Part shown: positions 19,973 to 29,555 of the stretch, piece by piece
Position numbering within the stretch: the first letter of the stretch is position 1
How the letters are laid out: each line of letters starts with the position of its first letter
DNA from: Planctomycetota bacterium
Lineage (GTDB): Bacteria; Planctomycetota; PLA2; JAEUHO01
Reading direction: 5' to 3'
Assembly: GCA_050248855.1 (NCBI GenBank)
Contig: JBFWRP010000014.1
Location: 1 to 60,896 of the forward strand
DNA length: 60,896 bases
The notes under the pieces: model-generated
Seen by the model: the letters and a program-made list of their open reading frames with translations, nothing else
Database searches by the model: none
Told to the model about the DNA's origin: nothing
Position numbers and translations under genes: made by a program

Positions 19973-22354
19973 CTACGGGCGCGGCCGACGGCGAGAGGCT
20001 TGGTAGAAACGGCGCGCCTCGGCCGCCGCGATGCCCAGCACGCTGTCGGCGGGGTACATGCCGTCGGGGCCGCGCGTGCCTGCGGGTCGACCGAGCAGCA
20101 GCTCGAGCGCCTGCTCGATCCGGTCGACGGCATGCACGTGGAAGGTGCCCTCGGCGCACGCCTCGAGGACATCGTGCCGAAGCATCAGGTCGCCCACGTT
20201 GGAGCGCGGGATGATGACGCCCTGTTCCCCCGTGAGCCCTTCGTGGGCACACGAGTCGTAGAAGCCCTCGATCTTCTCGTTGACACCGCCGATCGCCATC
20301 ACGCTGCCCCGCTGATCGATGGCCCCGGTCATGGCGTACGCCTGGCGCAGCGGCAGGCGCGTCAAGGCGCTGATCAGGCAGCACAGCTCGATGCCGCTGG
20401 CCGAGTCGCCATCGACCCCGCCATAGCTCTGCTCGAAGGCAACCGACGCGTCGAACGAAAGCGGGTGGTCCGGCTGCAGCAGGGCGCGCAGCAGCCCCTC
20501 GAGCAGGAGGAACCCCTTCGTGTGGATGCGGCCGCTGAGCGCCGCCTCCCGCTCGACGTTGGTCGTGCCGCGGCGCCCCGGCGCGATGGTGGCCGTGATG
20601 CGGTTGGGGAAGCCGTAGGTCAGCTGCCCGGTCTGGATGACCGCAAGGCCGTTGCCCTGGCCGATGACCTGGCCGCGCGTCTCGACGCGCAGGACGCCGC
20701 GCTGGATCAGCTCCTGGAACCGGCGCGACGGCAGGCCGGCCCGCCGCTTCGTGCGGCGCACGGCTTCGCGCACGCGGTCGCCGTTCACGCGAGCCTCGCC
20801 GGCATTCGTGGCCAGCCAGGCCGCCTCGCGCGCCAGGTCGGCCAAGCGACTGAACCGCGCGGTCAGCTTCTCGGCCTGGGACGCGATCCGTGCGCCGTGC
20901 TCGCACAGGGCCGCGACACCGTCGCGCGTGAAGGGCGGCAGCTCGTCCTCGCGCTGGATACGCGCGATCACGGACGCATACCAGGCCAGACCCTGGTCAT
21001 CGCGGTCGATCACGTCGTCGAAGTCGGCCAGCACCTTGAACAGGTCGCGGAAGTCCGGGTCGATGGCGTCCAGGGCATGCCACGTGCCCGCGTCGCCCAG
21101 CAGCACCACCTTGACGTCGATGGGAATGGGGTCGGGCTTGACGAACGCATTGGGGGCGGCGGACGGCCCGGGAGCCACCTCGATCTCGAGCTGCCCGGCG
21201 CGCAACACGCGGATCAGGCCCTTCCACGCCCCACGCGCCGTGAGCACGTCACGGGAGTCGATCACCAGGAACCCGCCATCGGCCTGCAGCAGCGAACCCG
21301 CGCGCACCATCATGTGCGGCACGTACGGCGTGGACTCGTCGGTGTCGATCGTGGTGTCGATCGTCCCGATCAGCGCCTGCACCGACGGGTTGCGCTCCAA
21401 CAGGGCCGGGCACGGGGCATCGGGCTCGTGGGCCAGCACGACGTTCACGCGATAGCGCTCGGTGAAAGCCGCGTCCTCGGGCAGGCTGCCCAGCCGCTTC
21501 GTGACGTCCTCGACGACCGCCTCGAGCCAAGCGCGTACCTCGACCGTGGCGAAGGCCGAGCGCACGCCGCGTAGCGCCTGCTCCAGCAGCTCGCGCGCTT
21601 CGCGGCGCACGAAGCCTTGCAGGGCCTCCTGCCGCCGGCCGCCGATCTCCTGCAGGCGCTCGCCGATCTCCTGCATGCGCTGCCCGAAGCCCTCGATCTC
21701 CCGGTCCCACCTCTCGAGCGTGGCGTCGTCGACCTTGCCGCTGGCCTTGAGCGCTTGGACCTGCTCCGGCCCCACCGGCTGGCCATCGACGACGGGCACG
21801 ATGAGCTGTCGTGTCGCCGGACCGGCTTGCACCATGACCAAGCGGTAGCCGGCCTTGTCGAGGTCGGCTTCGAAGGGCTCGGTGAGCGCGCGGACTTCCG
21901 CGCTGAACTTCTGCTCCAGCGCGGTCGCCTGGCTGCGCACGACATCGGCGTTGAGCGCCGGCCCGAGCTCCTTCTGCACGAACTCGATGAAGCGGTCGAG
22001 GTGCCGGCGGAAGGCCTGGCCCTGACCGCGGGGCAGCGTCAGGAGCCGCGGCCGGTCCGAGCGCAGGAAGTTGCAGACGTAGACGCGATCCGGTGAGGGC
22101 GGACCGCAGGGCCGAGCCTTGACCACCATGCGATGGACCAACGTGGCGCGACTGGTTCCCGTGAGTCCGCGCACGAACACGTTCTGCCCGGGCGCATGGA
22201 AGGCCAAGCCGAACTGCAGGGCCTCCACGGCTTCGTCTTGGCCCACGATGCCGTGCGCGGGCTCCACCTCGTGGGTGGCTTCGAATGCGAAGCGCGACGG
22301 ATCGCAGCGCCAGCGCAGGTGTTCGACGGACAGCGGCGCGAGGGCGTCGGTCAT
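19973..22354 (-). CDS. Lon-like (LonB/LonC, AAA_32 + Lon_C) serine protease
   Basis: GIVGQDEAVEAL, GSLLQADGGFLVI, catalytic VDGDSAS and IGGVNEKIEGF (Ser-Lys dyad); GGAGG RBS. Confidence 0.92.
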   Translation of the reverse strand: MTDALAPLSVEHLRWRCDPSRFAFEATHEVEPAHGIVGQDEAVEALQFGLAFHAPGQNVFVRGLTGTSRATLVHRMVVKARPCGPPSPDRVYVCNFLRSDRPRLLTLPRGQGQAFRRHLDRFIEFVQKELGPALNADVVRSQATALEQKFSAEVRALTEPFEADLDKAGYRLVMVQAGPATRQLIVPVVDGQPVGPEQVQALKASGKVDDATLERWDREIEGFGQRMQEIGERLQEIGGRRQEALQGFVRREARELLEQALRGVRSAFATVEVRAWLEAVVEDVTKRLGSLPEDAAFTERYRVNVVLAHEPDAPCPALLERNPSVQALIGTIDTTIDTDESTPYVPHMMVRAGSLLQADGGFLVIDSRDVLTARGAWKGLIRVLRAGQLEIEVAPGPSAAPNAFVKPDPIPIDVKVVLLGDAGTWHALDAIDPDFRDLFKVLADFDDVIDRDDQGLAWYASVIARIQREDELPPFTRDGVAALCEHGARIASQAEKLTARFSRLADLAREAAWLATNAGEARVNGDRVREAVRRTKRRAGLPSRRFQELIQRGVLRVETRGQVIGQGNGLAVIQTGQLTYGFPNRITATIAPGRRGTTNVEREAALSGRIHTKGFLLLEGLLRALLQPDHPLSFDASVAFEQSYGGVDGDSASGIELCCLISALTRLPLRQAYAMTGAIDQRGSVMAIGGVNEKIEGFYDSCAHEGLTGEQGVIIPRSNVGDLMLRHDVLEACAEGTFHVHAVDRIEQALELLLGRPAGTRGPDGMYPADSVLGIAAAEARRFYQASRRRPRP

Positions 22355-22376
22355 GCGGCCTCCCAGGGCATCCGGG

Positions 22377-23231
22377 CTACCAGGTGTAGAACCCCTGGCC
22401 GCTCTTCTTGCCGAGCTTGCCCTCGGCCACGAGCTGGCGCAGCAAGGCCGGCGGGTCGAAGCGACGGTCGTCGAGCACCTTGGCCAGGTGCTCGGCGATG
22501 CCCAGGCGTACATCGAGACCGACCAGGTCCGTCAGCTTGAGCGGCCCCATGGGGTGGCGGTAGCCGAGCTCCATCGCCGTGTCGATGTCGGCGGCGCTGG
22601 CGACGCCCTCCTCCACCATGCGGATCGCCTCGAGGCCGAGGACGAGGCCCAGGCGGCTCGTGGCAAAGCCCGGGCTGTCCTTCACGACGATGACCGTCTT
22701 GCCCATGCGCTCACCCACCGCGCGCGCGGCCTCCACGATCTCGGGCGACGTCGCGTCGGTCCGCACGAGCTCGAGGAGCTGCATGATGTGGACGGGGTTG
22801 AAGAAGTGCAGGCCGAGCACGCGCTCGGGTGCGCCGCTGGCCTCCGCGATCGCGGCGACGGGCAGCGAGGACGTGTTCGTGGCCAGGATCGCGTGCCCCG
22901 GCGACTCGGCGCCCAGCGTGCGGAAGATGGCCTGCTTGAGCTCGAGCTTCTCGGGAACGGCCTCGACCACGAGATCGGCGTCGCGGGCCGCCACGCCGAG
23001 GTCGCCGGGTGCGGCGTCCAGCCGCGACAGCACGGCCTCGCGCTCCTCGGCCGTGACCTTGCCCTTCTCGACGCCCTTCGCCAGGTTGGCGGCGATGGCG
23101 TCCAGGCCCTGGCGCACGGCCTCGGGCCTGACGTCGAACAGGCGGGCCTCGAAGCCGGCCTGCGCCGCAACGTGGGCGATGCCGTGGCCCATCGTGCCCG
23201 AGCCGATCACGAGGACGTTGCGGACCTGCAT
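22377..23231 (-). CDS. 3-hydroxyacyl-CoA (3-hydroxybutyryl-CoA) dehydrogenase
   Basis: GSGTMGHGIA Rossmann motif, EAVPEKLELK, ATNTSS, GLHFFNP, HPMGPL. Confidence 0.95.
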   Translation of the reverse strand: MQVRNVLVIGSGTMGHGIAHVAAQAGFEARLFDVRPEAVRQGLDAIAANLAKGVEKGKVTAEEREAVLSRLDAAPGDLGVAARDADLVVEAVPEKLELKQAIFRTLGAESPGHAILATNTSSLPVAAIAEASGAPERVLGLHFFNPVHIMQLLELVRTDATSPEIVEAARAVGERMGKTVIVVKDSPGFATSRLGLVLGLEAIRMVEEGVASAADIDTAMELGYRHPMGPLKLTDLVGLDVRLGIAEHLAKVLDDRRFDPPALLRQLVAEGKLGKKSGQGFYTW

Positions 23232-23365
23232 GGACACCTCCGTCCCGCGCCTGCAGCAGCCGGGGGCGGCAGGGTACCGGGCCCTGCCGGGAAGGGACGC
23301 CCCCTGGCGAAGCGTGCCTCCTTCCCGTAGGGTGCGCTCCCCGTCGCGCAGCTGAGAGGACTTCC

Positions 23366-23494
23366 ATGACGCGCATCATCCTGACCAGCCTGAAACCGCA
23401 GGCGGCCCGTGCACGCGCCGCACTCCAGGGGGCAACCGGCAAGCGCCGGCGCCCCTTTGCCGCCCGCGGCGGCAAGACGCCCGGCACGAAGTAG
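23366..23494 (+). CDS. 42-aa small ORF, candidate RiPP precursor (MTRIILTSLKPQAARARAALQGATGKRRRPFAARGGKTPGTK)
   Basis: Not in the supplied ORF track. GAGAGGA lies 5 nt before ATG, 35 of 41 post-start sense codons end in G/C, and the stop is 22 nt before the HExxH gene. Confidence 0.6.
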   Translation: MTRIILTSLKPQAARARAALQGATGKRRRPFAARGGKTPGTK

Positions 23495-23516
23495 CGCGGG
23501 GTTCGAAGGGGGCAGC

Positions 23517-24890
23517 GTGCTCCACGACGACGAATCCGTCGCGACGGCCACGACCGACCCCGCCACCTACGTCTGGCACGACCCGATCGTCTACCGGCGC
23601 CTCCACGAGGAGAGCGCGGCGGCGTGGCTCGGCACGATCGACTTCCTCCGCGAGAGCGCGGCCGTCGACGAGTCGTTGCTCGACGAAGCCGAGTCGCTCG
23701 TCGCGCGTGCCGAGGCGCTCGACCCGGATGTCTTCTCCGCGACGTGGGTCCACCCGCTCTGCTTCGCCTGGAGCTTCGCGCTGTACGAGGCGGCCGAGCA
23801 GCGCGACGCGCCGCGCTTGGTCCACGCGCTGCACCGCATGCACCTCGTGGCCGCGGCATCGGCTTTGGCCCGCGCGGACGCGATCGACCTGCGTCATCCT
23901 GTGCCGCTCGCCGCGCGCACGGTCCTGCCGGGCCTCGCTGCCGTTCTCGAGGTCGAGCCCGGTGCGGCCCTGGCGGGCGTGGAGGGCCACGACCTCCTGC
24001 TCGTGCGGGGTCGCGAGCGGGCGCGGCTCGACAGCCGCAGGGCCGGTGCGGCGCTGGGCGTGTCGCTGCGCCCGCGCCACCGCGTGACGGTGGGCCCGCT
24101 CGCCGTCGACCTGCTGCCCGAGGCCTTTCTCGGGACCGAGACCGGCATGGGCGACTCGGCCGAGGCGCTCGGCGACGCCGCCTTCCACGCGCAGCATGCG
24201 CCCCTCGTGCAGGACGCCTTCGCCCTGGTGCGCCAACACCAGGCGAGCACGTTCGACCAGATGGTCCAGCACCTGCGGGTCGTCGGGCTCAAGGACCGCG
24301 ACGCGGGCGAGTACACGAACGTGAGCGTGTCAGAGGCCCCCGGGTCGTTCGTGGCCAGCGTCTACGAACACCCGTACGAGATGGCCGACATCTTCATCCA
24401 CGAGATGCACCACAACCGGCTGTTCGCGTTGGAGAACGTGGAGCCGCTCCTGGACCCGGGCGATCCGTGGCTCGGCTACAGCCCGTGGCGCGACGACCCG
24501 CGTCCACTCCGGGGCCTGCTGCACGCCGTCTACGTGTTCCTGCCCGTTGCACGCTACTGGGACGCGGTGCTCGCGGCCGGGGGACGGGACGACGACCTGA
24601 CGGCCTACGCCCGGGACCAGGTCGTGCGTACGGCGCTGCAGCTGCGCGCCGCGTTCACCACGCTCGATGCCAACGCCGTCTGGACGGCGCACGGGTCCAT
24701 CGTGCGACCCGTCCTGGAGGCGGGCGTGATCGCCAGCGAAGCGCGCGCCGCGATGCACGAGCTGTCGCGCGCGACCCCCGCCTGGCGCCTCGACAAGACC
24801 GGACGCCTGGCCCACGATCCGGAGGGCACCGTCGGCGCTTCGGTCGACGCGCACCGTGCACGCTACGAAGCCACCTACGGAGTCGGGTGA
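23517..24890 (+). CDS. HExxH-motif peptide-modifying enzyme (alphaKG-HExxH family)
   Basis: ADIFIHEMHHNRLFAL (24399-24413 = HEMHH) followed by YSPWRDDPRPLRGLLHAVYVF, the signature of RiPP-associated HExxH proteins; AAGGGGG before GTG. Confidence 0.88.
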   Translation: MLHDDESVATATTDPATYVWHDPIVYRRLHEESAAAWLGTIDFLRESAAVDESLLDEAESLVARAEALDPDVFSATWVHPLCFAWSFALYEAAEQRDAPRLVHALHRMHLVAAASALARADAIDLRHPVPLAARTVLPGLAAVLEVEPGAALAGVEGHDLLLVRGRERARLDSRRAGAALGVSLRPRHRVTVGPLAVDLLPEAFLGTETGMGDSAEALGDAAFHAQHAPLVQDAFALVRQHQASTFDQMVQHLRVVGLKDRDAGEYTNVSVSEAPGSFVASVYEHPYEMADIFIHEMHHNRLFALENVEPLLDPGDPWLGYSPWRDDPRPLRGLLHAVYVFLPVARYWDAVLAAGGRDDDLTAYARDQVVRTALQLRAAFTTLDANAVWTAHGSIVRPVLEAGVIASEARAAMHELSRATPAWRLDKTGRLAHDPEGTVGASVDAHRARYEATYGVG

Positions 24891-24970
24891 GATTCCAGCT
24901 TCGGGCCGTTGCGCGCCTTCGCATGGGTGGAGTCATCCCGGCCCGAAGCTGGAAGCTCACCCGACTCCGT
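24877..24970. repeat. 94-nt hairpin element D, copy 1 (32-nt arms, 30-nt loop)
   Basis: Arms 24877-24908 and 24939-24970 are reverse complements at 31/32 positions. Confidence 0.92.
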
Positions 24971-25988
24971 GCGGTACGTCCGGCACCGCCTTCCTCGCCA
25001 ACCGGGCCACGTGCGCCCGCAACGCGTCCATTTGCTCCCGAAGACCCACGCCAATCCCCTGCAGCTCGACCGGTGGGCCGTGGTCAACCGGTCCATCTGC
25101 GGCCCGGAACGCCTCCACGACACCAGCTGCCGCCCGCCGGTGCACGCGGCTGCGCGTGGATTCCTGCGCCAGCTCGTGGCGCAAGAACAGGTTGGGGTTG
25201 GTGTTGATCTCCCACACGCGGATGCCACCCGGCCGCGGTACGTAGTCGATGCGCCCGAACTCGATGCCCGCCACGTCGAACGCCCGGCGGACCAGCTCCA
25301 TCTCCCCGGCGGGCGGGTTCCCGAGCCAGGCCCACTCGCGCTCCAGCACCTGCGGGTCGTCGGTGATCTCGGACACCTTGAGCATCCAGCGCGTGCCGGC
25401 GAAACGATGACGCGGCACCAGACGGTCGCCGATGCGGAACACGCCGTGCTTGATGACGCGGCTCGTGTCGTCGCGCGCATCGCGCCACTCCACGACGATC
25501 ATCGAGGCCGCGGCCTTGCCGTGGTGCCGGAGCCGCCGGGCCGCGCGCAGCAGACCCTCGAGGTCGTCGCAGGGCTCGCTGCGACTTCCCTGGTGATCCC
25601 CGTCCACGCGCAGGAACCACGGGGGCTCGAGGCCCGCGTGATCGGACGCCGCCCGAACGTCGCCGAGCCGGGCCACGCGGAAGTCGTTGATGCCGGCGTC
25701 CACCCAGCGCCGTGACTGCTCGACGCGATTGCCCGCACGACGCGGATCGTTCCAGAGCGGCACGCCCGCGGCCTCGAGCTGCCAGGCGATCCTGCACACC
25801 GCGGCACGCGCCCGCGGGCGCAGGCGGTCCACGTCGGTGAACACGTGCAGGCAGCGCGGCGTGCTGCGCTGGCGGCGCAGGTCCTCGTACGCAACGGGCA
25901 CGAGCGAGCCCACCAGCGGCTGCCCGAAGGAGTCGAGGAACGCCCGGATCGGCTCCAGGAACGCCCGCGTGGCGAGGAAGCGGATCAC
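24957..25988 (-). CDS. ATP-grasp-fold-like protein
   Basis: WNDP, PWFLR..DHQG, IVVEW, and C-terminal FGRIDY...VWEINTNP, matching the ATP-grasp D...E-x-N metal-binding pattern. Confidence 0.65.
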   Translation of the reverse strand: MIRFLATRAFLEPIRAFLDSFGQPLVGSLVPVAYEDLRRQRSTPRCLHVFTDVDRLRPRARAAVCRIAWQLEAAGVPLWNDPRRAGNRVEQSRRWVDAGINDFRVARLGDVRAASDHAGLEPPWFLRVDGDHQGSRSEPCDDLEGLLRAARRLRHHGKAAASMIVVEWRDARDDTSRVIKHGVFRIGDRLVPRHRFAGTRWMLKVSEITDDPQVLEREWAWLGNPPAGEMELVRRAFDVAGIEFGRIDYVPRPGGIRVWEINTNPNLFLRHELAQESTRSRVHRRAAAGVVEAFRAADGPVDHGPPVELQGIGVGLREQMDALRAHVARLARKAVPDVPHGVG

Positions 25989-26000
25989 GTCGTCGCAGCG

Positions 26001-26801
26001 CTATGCGCGCGGCTTCTTGGCGGCCCGCCGCGCAAGGAAGGCGTCCATGCGGGCGAACTTGTCGGGATGCTCGAAGAGCCCGGCCTGCGTCTCGTCGTCC
26101 AGGCGGCGCAAGCTCGCCTCGTCGGCGCCGTGAAGCCAGGCGAGCAGCGTGGCCTTGGTGGCCTTCACGGCGGCGGGTGCCTGCTTCAGGATCGGCGCGA
26201 GCAGGTCGGCCGCCGCCGCCATCACCTCGTCGTCTTCGACGACGCGATCCACGAGGCCGATGTCGGCGGCCTCCTGTGCATCGACGATGGCGCCGGAGAA
26301 CAGCAGGCGACGCGCGTGGCGCAGGCCCACGAGCGCGGGCAGCCGTCGCGTGGCGCCCGCGGCGGCCATGATGCCCAGGCCCACCTCGGGTTGGCCAAAG
26401 CGCGCCGAGGCACCCGCCACGCGGAAGTCGCACGCGAGCGCCAGCTCGCAGCCGCCGCCCAGGCACCACCCGACGACGGCTGCAACCGTCGGGTGCGGGA
26501 ACGCCTCGAAGCGCGCGAACAGCGTGCTGTTGATCCCCTCCAGCGCATCGGCCCGACGGCGCTCGCGCATCTCGGCGATGTCGGCGCCGCTCATGAAGGC
26601 CTTGCCGCCCGCGCTCGTGAGGGTCAGGGCGCGGCAGCCTTCGTCGACCTCGAGCAGCCCCAACGCCTGGTGCATCTCCTCCACCATCTGGCGGCTGATC
26701 GCGTTGTGCACCTCGGGGCGGTTGATGACCATCACGGCGACACCCTCCGTGTCGCGCTCCAGGCGAATCGTCTCGTACGGCACGGGCTCGAGCGTGGACA
26801 T
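26001..26801 (-). CDS. Enoyl-CoA hydratase/isomerase (crotonase) family
   Basis: NRPEVHNAI, AFMSGADI, GGGCELALACD, FGQPEVGLGI. Confidence 0.95.
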   Translation of the reverse strand: MSTLEPVPYETIRLERDTEGVAVMVINRPEVHNAISRQMVEEMHQALGLLEVDEGCRALTLTSAGGKAFMSGADIAEMRERRRADALEGINSTLFARFEAFPHPTVAAVVGWCLGGGCELALACDFRVAGASARFGQPEVGLGIMAAAGATRRLPALVGLRHARRLLFSGAIVDAQEAADIGLVDRVVEDDEVMAAAADLLAPILKQAPAAVKATKATLLAWLHGADEASLRRLDDETQAGLFEHPDKFARMDAFLARRAAKKPRA

Positions 26802-27844
26802 CAGGAAGCGTCTCCGGGCACCAGGACCAGCTTGCCGAACACTTCGCGGGCTTCGAGGCGCCGGTGCGCCTCGCGCACTTCGGTCAGCGGCAGCACGTCG
26901 TCCACGACCGGGGTCAGGCGCTCGGCCGTCAGCAGCCCCAGCAGGCGATGGAGATCACCGAGGCTCCCCATCGTGCTGCCGATCACCGAGAGGTTGCGGA
27001 AGAAGATGAGGTTCAGGTGAGCCTCCACCTTCGCGCCCGTGGTGGCGCCGCAGGTCACGTAGCGACCGCCGCGCACCAGGGTCTTCAAGGAGCCCGCGAA
27101 GGTCGCCGCACCCACGTGGTCCACGACGACGTCCACGCCGCGGCCATCCGTGAGGCGCTTGACCGAACGCGACCAGTCGGGGTCCGTGTAGTCCACGACC
27201 TCGTCGGCGCCCAGGTCACGCGCGCGGTGGGCCTTCGCCTCGCTGGACGTGGTCGCCAGCACGCGCGCCGCGCCCGCGAGCTTGGCGATCTGGATCGCCA
27301 TGGTGCTGACGCCGCTGCCGGCCGCATGCACGAGCACGGTCTCGCCCGGCTCCAAGCGGGCGCGGCGTACGAGCATGTTCCACGCCGTCAGCGAGACGAG
27401 GGGGAACGCCGCGGCCGTCGGGAAGTCGATCGTGTCGGCGAGCGGGATGGCATTGCGCGCCGGGAGCACGACGAAGTCGGTGCACGTGCCGTCGCGCGTC
27501 TCGCCGAGGATGCCGTACGTCGGCGAGAGCTGGTCCTCGCCGCGCGCCGTCCATTCGTCGTCCCCCGCCGTGACGCCAGGGGCGAGCACCACGCGCTGCC
27601 CGACTTCGAGGCCCGCCACGCCGGCGCCGAGCGCATCGACGAAGCCCGCGCCATCGCACCCCGGCACGATCGGCAGCGGGAAGGCATGGCCCGGCACCCC
27701 TCGGCGCACCCACGCATCCAGGTGGTTGATGCCCGCGGCCTTGACGGCCACCCGGACTTCGCCGGGCCCCGGCTCGGGTACGGGACGCTCTTCGAACAGG
27801 AGGCGATCGAGCCCCCCGTGCTCACGGATCACGACGGCCTGCAT
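26801..27844 (-). CDS. MDR-superfamily (zinc-binding ADH / quinone reductase-like) oxidoreductase
   Basis: AAGINHLD, PGCDGAG, VLVHAAGSGV, CGATTG, GKLVL; structural-zinc cysteines are absent. Confidence 0.92.
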   Translation of the reverse strand: MQAVVIREHGGLDRLLFEERPVPEPGPGEVRVAVKAAGINHLDAWVRRGVPGHAFPLPIVPGCDGAGFVDALGAGVAGLEVGQRVVLAPGVTAGDDEWTARGEDQLSPTYGILGETRDGTCTDFVVLPARNAIPLADTIDFPTAAAFPLVSLTAWNMLVRRARLEPGETVLVHAAGSGVSTMAIQIAKLAGAARVLATTSSEAKAHRARDLGADEVVDYTDPDWSRSVKRLTDGRGVDVVVDHVGAATFAGSLKTLVRGGRYVTCGATTGAKVEAHLNLIFFRNLSVIGSTMGSLGDLHRLLGLLTAERLTPVVDDVLPLTEVREAHRRLEAREVFGKLVLVPGDAS

Positions 27845-27894
27845 GGCCGGGAAGGTACACGGGCCGGTCCCGGGCGTGGTGCGTGCCGCCCCTG

Positions 27895-29529
27895 TCAGTC
27901 GCCAGACGCGATCGCGGGAACGGTCACGACCAGGATCGCCGCCTGCTGGAGGCCCGCCTCCAGGTCGACATCGACGCAGCCCTCCAGCGCGCTACCCACC
28001 CACGCGTGGATGCGGGCCGGGCCGAACGGCAGGCCATGCAGCGTTCTCTGTCCGGCTGCATCGACGAAGGGATCGATGCGCTGGACGCCACCTGCGATGT
28101 CGGTCCACGGATCGGTTCCTTCTCCCAGGTCCACGGCGATCTCGGCGAAGGGGATCGGGCTCCCCGCGGCATCGACCACGCGAAGGTCGAGCGTGGCCGG
28201 GCGAGTCCCGGAGGCCGCTGGACTCGAGCCATGCACACGCGGGGGCACCGGGGAGCGACGCCCGTGGCCTCCCCGTGGCGGACGCGGGTGCGCGCGCAAC
28301 TCGCTGAGCGGTGTCCAGGAGGCCGCGCGATCACCGTCCGCAGGCTCGAGGCGAAGCTCGTGCTGCTTGTCCCAGCTCGCGGGCAAGCACGAGGGCACGA
28401 AGCGCCAGCGTGTCCCTCCAATCTCGACTCCGCCCTCGAGTGCACGCCCAGGGAGATGGGGCACACCCCGTACGCGGAGCATGCGCCCATAGGGCTCGCA
28501 GCGCGGGCCGACCCAACGCGTCGCATCAAGCAACAGCAAGGCGAGGCGGGCATCGGGCCACGCCGGTTCGCCAAGCGGCGGAACGACCACGACATCGGAC
28601 TCGGGCCACATGGGTACGAGGGCCACAAGCTCACGTGCAGCCGGATGAATCCGTTCCAAGCGGAGCGTCGTGCGGCGAGACCCGGCGGTCGAGCTGCTGT
28701 CCGCGCGCTCATCGACGTCGATCTTCACGTTTCGCTGGCCGGCCTCCAAGGTCGACCATGTCCGACCCGTGTCCACCGCGACGAAGCCGCAGTGCCCCGG
28801 CGAGATCCGGACTTCGTGCCCGGCGCCGGGCCGTGCGCCACGCGGGCCTTCCATGGCGAAGCGAACGGGCAGTCCCTTTCGCTGCTGCAGCACGAAGTCG
28901 ATCGACCGCGCATGGGCCGTGTCGGACGGCCCAGGCTCGGGTTTGGAACCTGACGATGAAACGCCAACGAACCAATCGCGCGGAAACACATGGGGAACGG
29001 TCACGGAAGGACGAAGGCCGTGGGCATCCAGCATGCTCGGGTGGCCGTACCAGAGGGGATCGAGCTTCGGAGCGGCAGGATCGACGGACGTCGACGCAGC
29101 GAGCCACACGGAGACGCCCGCGTCCGATCGCACGTCGGGTCCCCGCGCCAACCCGCAGTCGTCCGCCTGGAGCACGTAGGCTTGCTCGTAGGACGTGGCG
29201 TTGCTCGAGTCGGCCCACTCGACGCACGCCCTCGCGAGCGGCGAACCATCGGGAGCCAGGCATCGCACGGACAAGGGCCCAGCTTCCGACTCGGTCCGGG
29301 CACGAGGAAGCTGGGGCCCTCCAGCCCCGATGAGCCGTGGGAGCTTGCCGGCTCCGGGCGCGCTGCAAAGCGCATCCAGCGCTGGCGCCTCCGGCGAGGA
29401 GCTTGGCGCCGTGCTGCTGAACCACCCCCCGCTCACCAGGGCCGAAGTGCCGCAGAGCGCCAGCGCAAGGCCAAGGCCGAGGCCAAGTGAGCGGACTGGC
29501 CGACGTCGGGAGTGCGTCCGTGGGGCCAA
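27895..29529 (-). CDS. Membrane-anchored protein with carboxypeptidase-regulatory-like beta-sandwich domains (paralogue 2)
   Basis: C-terminal part of ORF 27895..30234; probable TTG start after GGAG; N-terminal TM; VRCLAPDGSPL and LRVVDAAGSPIPFA motifs shared with the neighbouring gene. Confidence 0.65.
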   Translation of the reverse strand: MAPRTHSRRRPVRSLGLGLGLALALCGTSALVSGGWFSSTAPSSSPEAPALDALCSAPGAGKLPRLIGAGGPQLPRARTESEAGPLSVRCLAPDGSPLARACVEWADSSNATSYEQAYVLQADDCGLARGPDVRSDAGVSVWLAASTSVDPAAPKLDPLWYGHPSMLDAHGLRPSVTVPHVFPRDWFVGVSSSGSKPEPGPSDTAHARSIDFVLQQRKGLPVRFAMEGPRGARPGAGHEVRISPGHCGFVAVDTGRTWSTLEAGQRNVKIDVDERADSSSTAGSRRTTLRLERIHPAARELVALVPMWPESDVVVVPPLGEPAWPDARLALLLLDATRWVGPRCEPYGRMLRVRGVPHLPGRALEGGVEIGGTRWRFVPSCLPASWDKQHELRLEPADGDRAASWTPLSELRAHPRPPRGGHGRRSPVPPRVHGSSPAASGTRPATLDLRVVDAAGSPIPFAEIAVDLGEGTDPWTDIAGGVQRIDPFVDAAGQRTLHGLPFGPARIHAWVGSALEGCVDVDLEAGLQQAAILVVTVPAIASGD

Positions 29530-29555
29530 GGCACCTACTCCGCGGGTTCCGTACG

